Shown here piece by piece: positions 1 to 8,250 of a DNA stretch of 31,662 nt (the first letter of the stretch is position 1; each line of letters opens with the position of its first letter). Position numbers and translations under genes: made by a program. Where the stretch lies: IMG/VR virus record IMGVR_UViG_3300034107_000750, positions 1 through 31,662 of that record, one strand, 5' to 3'. The notes under the pieces are model-generated. The model saw only the letters and a program-made list of their open reading frames with translations, had not been told where the DNA came from and searched no databases. The DNA is from a virus (taxonomy: Duplodnaviria; Caudoviricetes).

Positions 1-1122
1 ATTGATACCATAAGTAAGATTAGTTCAGCACCACTTGATGGTGTTGAACTTGTCCAAGAAAAGGCACTTAAATTCTGCAAACAAGAAGAGGTTAAGATTG
101 TCTTGGAAAGAGCACAAAAAGTTATCAATGAGGGTGATTTTGAATCTTATGACCAACTTGAAGAATTATTAAGATATGCACTTCAGGTTGGGGTTAAAGA
201 AACAAATGGTTTTGAAGTTTTCAATGATTTGATTGGTGTATTAGATGAGGATTATAGACACCCCATACCAATGGGCGTGAAGGGTATAGACGTTCTCTTA
301 AAGGGGGGTTTAGCCAAGGGTGAGGTTGGTATTATATTTGCAGGTCCAGGTATTGGCAAATCAACTCTATTGACCTTGGTTGCAAACACAGCTTTCAATA
401 ATAACTATAATGTTTTGCATATATTCTTTGAGGATAATCCCAAGATTATACAAAGAAAGCATTTGACTCTTTGGACTAAAATATCCCCAGATGAACTGCC
501 TAATAACAAAGAAATAGTATTAGAAACTGTTAATAATATAAAAGAAACCCACACAAATAAATTAATATTAAAGAAATTGCCATCTGATACTTTAACAATG
601 AATCAGATTAAGAATCAAATTAGAAAGGTTATTGCTGATGGTATTAAACTTGATTTGGTTGTTTTGGATTATATTGATTGTGTTGTACCTGATAGACAAG
701 GTAATGATGAGTGGAAAAATGAGGGATCAGTTATACGCCATTTTGAGGCAATGTGTCATGAGTTAAATATTGCTGGATGGCTTGGTACACAAGGGAATAG
801 GTCATCAATTTCTTCGCAAGTGGTAACAAATGACCAGATGGGGGGTTCAATAAAGAAAGCACAAGTAGGTCATGTTATTATTAGTATTGCAAAAAGCCTT
901 CAGCAAAAGGAGATGAATTTGGCCACAGTTGCTATTACCAAATCAAGGATTGGAAAAGATGGTATAGTATTTGAGAATTGCAAGTTTGATAATGAAATGC
1001 TTGAAATTGATACAGATACAACAGCAACATTCCTAGGATTTGAAGAACAACAGGTTGAACGTAAGAAAGAAAGAATTAAAGAATTATTGGTTAAGAAAAA
1101 TAGCAATGATAATTTTTTGTAA
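1..1122 (+). CDS. dnaB: DnaB-like (T4 gp41-like) replicative helicase, 5'-truncated by the window edge
   Basis: Frame 1 is open from base 1 (IDTISK...QEKALKFCKQEE), so the TTG start at 103 is probably not the true start. Walker A GPGIGKS, Walker B LVVLDYID, motif TQGNRS and arginine-finger-like KSRIG are present. Confidence 0.9.
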   Translation: MDTISKISSAPLDGVELVQEKALKFCKQEEVKIVLERAQKVINEGDFESYDQLEELLRYALQVGVKETNGFEVFNDLIGVLDEDYRHPIPMGVKGIDVLLKGGLAKGEVGIIFAGPGIGKSTLLTLVANTAFNNNYNVLHIFFEDNPKIIQRKHLTLWTKISPDELPNNKEIVLETVNNIKETHTNKLILKKLPSDTLTMNQIKNQIRKVIADGIKLDLVVLDYIDCVVPDRQGNDEWKNEGSVIRHFEAMCHELNIAGWLGTQGNRSSISSQVVTNDQMGGSIKKAQVGHVIISIAKSLQQKEMNLATVAITKSRIGKDGIVFENCKFDNEMLEIDTDTTATFLGFEEQQVERKKERIKELLVKKNSNDNFL

Positions 1123-1170
1123 AAATTTGATTTTATAATTAAAATTGAATACTTTTATTTTATGGTTTTA

Positions 1171-1177
1171 TATTTAT
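1171..1177 (+). promoter_or_regulatory. TATTTAT upstream motif (putative phage promoter element) before nrdB
   Basis: Same heptamer found 13-23 nt before seven gene starts in the window; here 23 nt before the ATG at 1201. Confidence 0.5.
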
Positions 1178-1200
1178 CTTAACCAAATAAAAAAAGGAAT

Positions 1201-2907
1201 ATGAAGAACATTTTTGAAAAGAGGGTAAATATTTTGCCTTATGAATATCCATCTTTATTAGCATATAAGGATGCTATAAGACATTCATACTGGATACATT
1301 CTGAATTCAATTTCACAACAGATATTGATGATTATAAGACAAAAATATCTAATGAGGAGAGGGAAGTTATTAAGAGGTCAATGTTGGCAATTGCACAAAT
1401 TGAGGTTAATGTGAAAACATTCTGGGCTGACTTGTATAAGAGAATGCCTATAACTGAAATTGGTGACGTTGGTATGACATTTGCCGAGTGTCATGGTGAA
1501 GGTACAGAAATATTAACACCAAAAGGCTGGGTTAACTTTAAAGATATTGATACTAATACAGAAGTTATTCAATATGATTTAGAAACCAATACAATGACAT
1601 CTGTTTTACCAAGTAATGTTATCAATGAACCTTACAAGGGAAAAATGCACAGGATTGAGAACCAAACTTATAGTGCATTACTTACCCCCAACCATAATAT
1701 TTATTATAAGACAAGGAGTGGTAATATTATAAAGAGGGCTATTAAGGATATTAATGCTTTTAGTAGTGATATGAAACTACCTTTTTCTGGTAAATTTGCT
1801 AATGAGGGTGTTGATGAATTGAGTTTGGAGGATAAAATTAATATTAGAAACTATGATTGGGTTGATTTATCAGATAAATCTGAAAAGTGGTGTAATTCTT
1901 TTATTAATGAATTAACAAAAGTAGGGGCGTTTAAACTTGATAGTGAGAATCAGAATGGTGATAATGCTATTAAGTACCAAACTATTAGTAAATTATATGC
2001 AGATAAGTTGCAAGTTATAGGTATTTTTGCTGGGTATGCAGTTAATATAACTAATGATAAAGATGTTTATACTATTAGTTTTGTAAACACTAACACCTTT
2101 TCTTCTATAACTGATAAACCAACTATTGAGGATTATGATGGTAATATTTATTGTGTTACAGTCCCAAGTGGGTGTATTGTAACTAGATATAATGATAAAG
2201 TTTTAATTTCAGGAAATTCGGAAGTAAGACATAAAGATGCTTATGCACAATTATTGCGAATTCTTGGGTTGGAAAATGAATTTCAGACAGTTATTGAAAT
2301 TCCTGCCATAAAGAATAGAATTAGTTATCTATCAAAATATTTGGATGGGACAAGGAGCAAAGAGAATAAAATGTACACAAAGTCTGTATTATTATTTTCA
2401 TTGTTTATTGAGCATGTTAGTTTATTTAGTCAGTTCTTGATTATGATGTCCTTTAATAAAGAGAAAAATCTATTCAAGGGTATTTCAAATGTTGTTGAAG
2501 CCACCTCAAAGGAAGAAGAAATTCACGGTAATTTTGGATCAGAACTTATCAATATTATTAAGGAAGAAAATCCAGAATGGTTTGATGATGAATTTGAGCA
2601 ACTCATTGTTTCTGCTTGCCATAAAGCATATGCTGCTGAATGTGGAATATTGGATTGGATATTTGAGCATGGTGAATTAAGTTTCTTATCAAAAGATACA
2701 ATTAAACATTTCATTCAAAATAGATTTAATAATTCATTAAATAGAATTGGAATGAAGCCAGTATTTGAGGTTGATTTTACAGAGATTGAGAAGACGTTAT
2801 GGTTTGATGTGGAGATTTTATCAACAAAGGAGGATGATTTTTTCTATAAAAAAAGTACTTCTTATAATAAGAAACAAAAGTCAATAACAGAAGATGATTT
2901 GTTTTAA
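1201..2907 (+). CDS. nrdB: Ribonucleotide reductase class I beta subunit (class Id/NrdBi-like), intein-containing precursor
   Basis: LAIAQIEVNVKTFW, TFAE|SEVRHKDAY (ExxH plus radical Tyr), FIEHVSLFSQF, EEIH and C-terminal KSITEDDLF. Spliced product is 325 aa and resembles Flavobacterium-type NrdB as I recall it. Confidence 0.95.
   Translation: MKNIFEKRVNILPYEYPSLLAYKDAIRHSYWIHSEFNFTTDIDDYKTKISNEEREVIKRSMLAIAQIEVNVKTFWADLYKRMPITEIGDVGMTFAECHGEGTEILTPKGWVNFKDIDTNTEVIQYDLETNTMTSVLPSNVINEPYKGKMHRIENQTYSALLTPNHNIYYKTRSGNIIKRAIKDINAFSSDMKLPFSGKFANEGVDELSLEDKINIRNYDWVDLSDKSEKWCNSFINELTKVGAFKLDSENQNGDNAIKYQTISKLYADKLQVIGIFAGYAVNITNDKDVYTISFVNTNTFSSITDKPTIEDYDGNIYCVTVPSGCIVTRYNDKVLISGNSEVRHKDAYAQLLRILGLENEFQTVIEIPAIKNRISYLSKYLDGTRSKENKMYTKSVLLFSLFIEHVSLFSQFLIMMSFNKEKNLFKGISNVVEATSKEEEIHGNFGSELINIIKEENPEWFDDEFEQLIVSACHKAYAAECGILDWIFEHGELSFLSKDTIKHFIQNRFNNSLNRIGMKPVFEVDFTEIEKTLWFDVEILSTKEDDFFYKKSTSYNKKQKSITEDDLF
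1489..2217 (+). mobile_element. Intein (243 aa) in NrdB with degenerate LAGLIDADG-type endonuclease remnant
   Basis: Block A CHGEGTEILTPKGW, block B LLTPNHNIY (TxxH), block F IYCVTVPSG, C-terminal SGN followed by +1 Ser. Removing it restores TFAE-SEVRH. Confidence 0.93.
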
Positions 2908-2976
2908 AGAACACCTTCTTTTTATTGTTCAATTTATGTGATTGTTACATATAAACTATAAAAATATAATAATCAT

Positions 2977-3828
2977 ATGAATTGGACAATAATTTACAAA
3001 AACTTAATAGATAAAGCAATCCTAGAACAAAGATGTAAAAGTACTGAAATATATTATGAAAATCATCATATCATACCAAAACATATGGGAGGTGATAATT
3101 CAAAAGATAATTTAGTACTCTTAACATTTAGAGAACATATATTAGCACATTACATATTGTGGAGGATTTATGGTTGTGAAGGTGATAAATTAATGTATTC
3201 TATTAGAAATCTTCAAACAGAAGAATCACAAAGATTAAGAGTTAAATTAGCAGTTGAAGCAAATAGAAATGGAGGTAAAGGTTTTCAAAATTGGAGTGGT
3301 GATAGAAACCCTATGAAAGATTCCTTAAAAGTTAAAAAAGCACTAGAAAGTAAAAGACAAAAATACAATGGGAATATTATGTCACCTGATGTTAAGAAAC
3401 AATGGCTTCCTAAAATTAAAAAGAGAATGCAAGAAATGTCAAAAGACCCTAATATACAAGAAAAAAGGTCTAAAACCATTAAAGAAATTAATGCAACTTT
3501 AACACCAGAAGAATTTGCACTAAAATATAATAATGCAGGTGAAAATAATGGAAATTATGGTTGGATTAAAGGGTATTATGAAGTAATTGATCCAGATGGT
3601 AATATTACAAAATATGAAAATCAAGAAGAAATTATAAAGCAATTAAGGTTATCCCAATCTTTTTTAATTAGAAATAGAAACAAAGGAGTGTGTTATACAA
3701 CACCAAAGAAAAACGCAGGTAAATGGAATGGATGGACATTTAATTATTTTAAATTACCATGTCCAACTACTGGAAGGGTGCAAAAAGAGCATAAAAAACA
3801 TAAATCAACTAAAAGACAAAAAAAATGA
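2977..3828 (+). CDS. Free-standing HNH homing endonuclease, T4 MobE-like
   Basis: N-terminal MNW..IY.NLI.KA...ENHHIIPKHMGGDNSKDNLVLLTFREHILAH matches the MobE-type HNH pattern. Basic C-terminal region with NUMOD-like motifs (GDRNPMK, GENNGNYG, IDPDG). ATGA overlap with nrdA. Confidence 0.88.
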   Translation: MNWTIIYKNLIDKAILEQRCKSTEIYYENHHIIPKHMGGDNSKDNLVLLTFREHILAHYILWRIYGCEGDKLMYSIRNLQTEESQRLRVKLAVEANRNGGKGFQNWSGDRNPMKDSLKVKKALESKRQKYNGNIMSPDVKKQWLPKIKKRMQEMSKDPNIQEKRSKTIKEINATLTPEEFALKYNNAGENNGNYGWIKGYYEVIDPDGNITKYENQEEIIKQLRLSQSFLIRNRNKGVCYTTPKKNAGKWNGWTFNYFKLPCPTTGRVQKEHKKHKSTKRQKK

Positions 3829-5450
3829 ATAAAGAAAAATATTATTGGTTAAATAAGGAGAGTAGAACTTTCTTATCAAGGGGGTATATAAATGAGACCC
3901 CCGAGCAAAGGATTAAAGATATTGCAAATAAAGCAGAAGAGTATTTAAAAATTGATGGGTTTGCTGTTAAGTTTGAGGATTATATGGCAAGGGGGTTTTA
4001 TAGCCTTTCTACACCAGTATGGATTAATTTTGGGAAAGAGAAGGGATTGCCCGTATCATGTTATGGCTCCAATATTGATGATACTCTGGACAGTATTTTG
4101 AATGCTGGAAGGGAAATTGGTATGATGTCAAAATATGGTGGTGGAACTAGTGCTTATTTAGGTAATATTAGAGGTAGGGGAACTAAAATATCAACAGGTG
4201 GAACAGCAGATGGACCAGTTCATTACGCAAGGGTGTATGACACAGTTGTTGATGTATGCAAACAATCAGAGGCAAGAAGGGGTGCATGTGCAGTTTGGTT
4301 GCCAGTTGAACATGAGGATATTATGGAGTTTCTTGATATTGGAACAGAGGGCAATCCAATCCAGAATTTACAATATGGTGTTACTGTTACAGATAATTGG
4401 ATTAATGATATGAAGGGGGGTGACCCAAGCAAGAGAAAGATATGGGCAAAGATTATTCAAAGACGTAATGAGTTTGGGTTTCCATATATTATGTTCAAGG
4501 ATAATTCAAATAATAATACCCCCTACAAAGAGTTGGGTATGGAGATAACTGCTTCAAATTTGTGTAGCGAAATTCAATTATTTACAGATTCAAACAACTC
4601 TTTTGTTTGTTGCTTGGGTTCATTGAATTTACTTCATTGGGATGAGATAGTTGAGACTGATGCAATTGAGGTTTACACAATGTTCTTAAATGCAGTTATG
4701 GATGAATTTATATTGAAGTCAGGTAAAATGGCTGGCATGAAAAGAGCTAATAGATTTGCATCACAGCATAGAGCCATTGGTTTGGGGGTTTTGGGTTATC
4801 ATTCATTATTTCAATCCAAGTTAATACCATTTGAATCTTTGATGGCAAAACAATTAAATCATCAAATATTTAAAACAATCAAGGAAAAATCAGATGCAAC
4901 ATCAAGATATTTGTTTGAGGAAAAAGGTTATAAATCATTGAGAGATGGATTTGCAAATGTAACATTAATTGCTATTGCCCCAACCAAGTCAAGTTCTTTT
5001 ATTCTGGGACAAGTAAGTATGGGTATTGAACCAATCAAATCAAATTATTTTATTAAAGATTTGGCAAAATCAAAAACCATTTATAAGAATCCATTTTTGG
5101 AGATTGAATTGGATAAGTATGGTTTAAATACGCCAGAAACCTGGGAAAGCATTTTAAAGAAAGATGGATCGGTTCAGCATTTGGATTTCCCCACAAAAGA
5201 GGTGTTTAAATCATTTATTGAAATATCACCAAAAGAATTGATATTACAAGCAGCTCAGAGGCAAAAATTTATTGACCAATCACAGTCATTAAATTTGATG
5301 ATACATCCATCAGTTCCAGCAAAGGATATAAATCAATTATATCTATATGCACATGAAGAGGGTGTTAAGACGCTTTACTATCAGTTCAGCCAGAGTTCAG
5401 CACAATCATTTGCAAGAAACATTAATGAGTGTGTGAGTTGTGAATCATAG
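3825..5450 (+). CDS. nrdA: Ribonucleotide reductase class I alpha subunit, short form without ATP-cone (NrdAi-like)
   Basis: PVSCYG, SNLCSEI (N-x-C-x-E active site), FVCCLGS, AIAPTKSSS, KTLYY tyrosine pair, C-terminal CVSC. Only 541 aa. Confidence 0.95.
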   Translation: MNKEKYYWLNKESRTFLSRGYINETPEQRIKDIANKAEEYLKIDGFAVKFEDYMARGFYSLSTPVWINFGKEKGLPVSCYGSNIDDTLDSILNAGREIGMMSKYGGGTSAYLGNIRGRGTKISTGGTADGPVHYARVYDTVVDVCKQSEARRGACAVWLPVEHEDIMEFLDIGTEGNPIQNLQYGVTVTDNWINDMKGGDPSKRKIWAKIIQRRNEFGFPYIMFKDNSNNNTPYKELGMEITASNLCSEIQLFTDSNNSFVCCLGSLNLLHWDEIVETDAIEVYTMFLNAVMDEFILKSGKMAGMKRANRFASQHRAIGLGVLGYHSLFQSKLIPFESLMAKQLNHQIFKTIKEKSDATSRYLFEEKGYKSLRDGFANVTLIAIAPTKSSSFILGQVSMGIEPIKSNYFIKDLAKSKTIYKNPFLEIELDKYGLNTPETWESILKKDGSVQHLDFPTKEVFKSFIEISPKELILQAAQRQKFIDQSQSLNLMIHPSVPAKDINQLYLYAHEEGVKTLYYQFSQSSAQSFARNINECVSCES

Positions 5451-5472
5451 ATTTGATACAATTTGTTAAATA

Positions 5473-5511
5473 AAAAACCCCCAACCTATTAATTTAGAAT
5501 TGGGGGTTTTT
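5473..5511. terminator. Bidirectional intrinsic terminator
   Basis: AAAAACCCCCAA (5473-5484) pairs with TTGGGGGTTTTT (5500-5511), with an inner CTA/TAG pair. U-tracts on both strands, between convergent nrdA and the 5517-5777 gene. Confidence 0.85.
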
Positions 5512-5516
5512 CTTTT

Positions 5517-5777
5517 TCACTTTCCGCTCAATGTATCATAAAAATCTTCAAGTTTTGATAAATCAGATTTACTAAATGCAAAATTAGTATTCTCAAATTT
5601 ATCTTTCATTTTTGAAAGTTTATCCATAATTTTGTTAATCACAGATATTGCTTTTTTACCAGTTGTTGCTTTACTTTCTTTATGATAGTCCATAAAGTGA
5701 CCTTCACTTCCTTTTTCTTCAACAATTCTTTTAACTAGTTTATTTAAACCAGCTTCTGTTAATCTTAATGTTTTCAT
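5517..5777 (-). CDS. Small hypothetical phage protein (86 aa) with N-terminal 'RLTE..L..LVKRIVEE' leader
   Basis: Only minus-strand ORF not overlapping another gene. Preceded by TATTTAT and followed by the terminator. Confidence 0.75.
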   Translation of the reverse strand: MKTLRLTEAGLNKLVKRIVEEKGSEGHFMDYHKESKATTGKKAISVINKIMDKLSKMKDKFENTNFAFSKSDLSKLEDFYDTLSGK

Positions 5778-5783
5778 AATTTT

Positions 5784-5852
5784 TTTTTATATAAATATAC
5801 AATAAATTAAAATAAATTTCAAATTTATTAAAAATGTATATTTATATAAAAA
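5784..5852. promoter_or_regulatory. Divergent promoter region: perfect 18-bp inverted repeat, each arm containing TATTTATA
   Basis: TTTTTATATAAATATACA (5784-5801) is the reverse complement of TGTATATTTATATAAAAA (5835-5852). Inner 9-bp inverted repeat AATAAATTT-C-AAATTTATT at 5811-5829. Confidence 0.7.
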
Positions 5853-5861
5853 TGTAATATA

Positions 5862-6338
5862 ATGGCAGAAGGTTTTACATATGGGGTTGATTTCCCTTTT
5901 GATACATCGTTAAGGGGTGATGCTGTTAAAATGACAGAGAGTGCATCAGATGAGATTAGGGCATCTTTATTGCATTTACTATTAACAAGAAAAGGTAGCA
6001 GATATTATTTACCAGATTTTGGTACAAGGTTATATGAATTTTTATTTGAACCATTGGATATTGTTTCATTTGATGTTATTGAAACTGATATTAGGGAATC
6101 AATTGCCAAATATATACCAAATTTAGTTATAAATAAAATAACTATTGAACCATTAAATCAAGATGAAGAAGTTCAATCAACAAGATTAAGTATTGATGAT
6201 GTTGGATTAAGTTCAAGAGATAAAGTTTATCGTTCCCCAGGCAATGGTACTTATCAAAATACTGCAAAAATAAAAATAGAATATACTACAAACAATAATA
6301 GTTTTGCTGGTAGTGAATTTGTTATAATAAATATATAA
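5862..6338 (+). CDS. Baseplate wedge protein, GPW/gp25 family
   Basis: Signature L.HLLLTRKGSRYYLPDFGTRLYEFLFEP; typical size; sits upstream of the gp6-like gene. Confidence 0.9.
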   Translation: MAEGFTYGVDFPFDTSLRGDAVKMTESASDEIRASLLHLLLTRKGSRYYLPDFGTRLYEFLFEPLDIVSFDVIETDIRESIAKYIPNLVINKITIEPLNQDEEVQSTRLSIDDVGLSSRDKVYRSPGNGTYQNTAKIKIEYTTNNNSFAGSEFVIINI

Positions 6339-6339
6339 T

Positions 6340-8172
6340 ATGTCAGATAGAAAAATATCATATGGTGTTAGGGACTTTCAAAGTATAAGAACAGAATTAA
6401 TAAATTATGTTAAAACTTATTACCCTGATTTAATAAATGATTTCAATGATGCTTCAATATTTTCGGTATTCCTTGATTTGAATGCGGCAGTGGCAGATAA
6501 TTTGCATTATCATATTGATAGAAGTTTGCAAGAAACTGTTTTACAATATGCACAACAAAAGTCATCAATATATAATATTGCTAGGACATATGGATTAAAA
6601 ATACCTGGGCAGCGACCATCTTTAACTTTATGTGATTTTTCAATAACTGTTCCAGCATTTGGTGATAAAGCTGATGCAACATATGCTGGTGTTCTTGAAA
6701 GAGGGGCACAAGTTTTGGGTAATGGTGTTATTTTTGAAACAATAAATGATATTGATTTTTCATCTGATTATGATGGACAAGGTGTCCCAAATAGAACAGT
6801 TATACCAAATAAATTAAATAATATTATTATTAACTATACATTAACAAAACGTGAGCCTGTTATTAATGGTATTACAAAAGTATTTAAAAGGGTTATAACC
6901 TCATCTGATGTTAGACCTTTTTTTGAGTTATTTTTACCAGATAAGAATGTTTTGGGTATAACAAGTGTATTACTTAAAGATGGACAAATAAATACAATTC
7001 CCCCATCTTCAGATTTTATAAGTGCTGCTAATAAATGGTATGAGGTTGATTCTTTGGCGGAGGATAGGGTTTTCATCATTGACCCAACAAAAGATACAGG
7101 AAATGCGAGTATAAAGGTTGGTAAGTATATTCAGACAGATAATAGATTTGTTAGTGAATTTACCCCAGAAGGATTTAAGAAATTAACATTTGGTAATGGT
7201 GTAAATACCGCATTAGAACAATTAAATCAATTTACTACAACAGGTCAATTACCAACATTACAAAATTATTTGAATAACTTTTCATTAGGTCGAACATTAA
7301 AACCCAATAGTACGTTATTTGTTCAATATAGAGTTGGAGGTGGTTTGAATACAAATTTAGGACCAAATACTATTAATCAAATTGGAATTAATTCTTTTAG
7401 AGTAAATGCTGGAAATCCAGCACAAGAATCTTCTGTTATTAATTCTTTGAGGGTTAATAATTTATTCCCAGCCATTGGTGGTGCTGGATTACCAACAACA
7501 GAGGAGGTTAGAAATTTTGTATCATTTAATTTTGCTGCACAAAAGAGAGCAGTAACAATTAATGATTATGAGGCTATTATAAGGAATATGCCATCCCAAT
7601 TTGGTTCACCAGCAAAGGTTGCTGTTCAAGAAGTTGATAATAAGATACAAATTCTTGTATTGTCTTATGATTCAAGTGGAAAATTAATTTCAGATAATTC
7701 AAAATTTTTAACAGATAATATTGCAAATTATTTATCAAATTATAGAATGATAAATGATTATATTGTTGTATCATCAGCAAAAGTTATTGATGTAAGTGTT
7801 GAGGCTTCAATTACAATACCACCAGGGTTCACTTCAAAAGATATTATAAATAATGTAATTTCAACAATTAATGGGTATTTTATTCCACAAAATATTCAGT
7901 TAGGGACTGACATTAATTTATCTGAAATAAAGAGTAGTATTCAAAAACTAAATGGAGTAATTTCAATATCTGATTTGGTTTTCACTAACCAAGTTGGGGG
8001 TAATTACTCTGGGGGTGAAACATCTATGCCTTATTCAAATGCAGCAAATAGAACTATTGCTGCTATTGATGAAACTATCTTTGCTGAACCAAATGAAATA
8101 TATCATATAAGATACCCAGAAAAAGACATTAGAGTTAAAGTGAAGACAAATAATGGTTTAACAATTGGTTAA
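6340..8172 (+). CDS. Baseplate wedge subunit, T4 gp6 / baseplate J-like
   Basis: N-terminal RDFQSIRTELINY, 'AQQKSSIYNIARTYG', FGNG...YRVGGG, and AQKRAVTINDYE motifs; 610 aa; follows gp25. Confidence 0.85.
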   Translation: MSDRKISYGVRDFQSIRTELINYVKTYYPDLINDFNDASIFSVFLDLNAAVADNLHYHIDRSLQETVLQYAQQKSSIYNIARTYGLKIPGQRPSLTLCDFSITVPAFGDKADATYAGVLERGAQVLGNGVIFETINDIDFSSDYDGQGVPNRTVIPNKLNNIIINYTLTKREPVINGITKVFKRVITSSDVRPFFELFLPDKNVLGITSVLLKDGQINTIPPSSDFISAANKWYEVDSLAEDRVFIIDPTKDTGNASIKVGKYIQTDNRFVSEFTPEGFKKLTFGNGVNTALEQLNQFTTTGQLPTLQNYLNNFSLGRTLKPNSTLFVQYRVGGGLNTNLGPNTINQIGINSFRVNAGNPAQESSVINSLRVNNLFPAIGGAGLPTTEEVRNFVSFNFAAQKRAVTINDYEAIIRNMPSQFGSPAKVAVQEVDNKIQILVLSYDSSGKLISDNSKFLTDNIANYLSNYRMINDYIVVSSAKVIDVSVEASITIPPGFTSKDIINNVISTINGYFIPQNIQLGTDINLSEIKSSIQKLNGVISISDLVFTNQVGGNYSGGETSMPYSNAANRTIAAIDETIFAEPNEIYHIRYPEKDIRVKVKTNNGLTIG

Positions 8173-8226
8173 TTTATTTATTTTATTGCAATATTCTTTA
8201 TAAGTTATAAATAATGTATAATAAAA

Positions 8227-8234
8227 TATTTATA
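8227..8234 (+). promoter_or_regulatory. TATTTATA upstream motif
   Basis: The TATTTAT core ends 17 nt before the ATG at 8251. Confidence 0.55.
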
Positions 8235-8250
8235 ATCAATAAAGAATATA

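Noticed and set aside
2935-2951. Hairpin TATGTGA-TTG-TTACATA upstream of the HNH gene as a mobE-style translational repressor
   Set aside because: Weak, AT-rich, about 25 nt from the start codon, and expected by chance at this composition.
2908-3828. Group I intron housing the HNH gene
   Set aside because: nrdB and nrdA are each complete; there are only 69 nt upstream and an overlap downstream, leaving no room for a ribozyme core.
5862-8172. Bacterial contractile injection system (eCIS/T6SS/tailocin)
   Set aside because: Adjacent phage helicase, RNR and homing endonuclease, plus T4-sized gp6, indicate a true phage.
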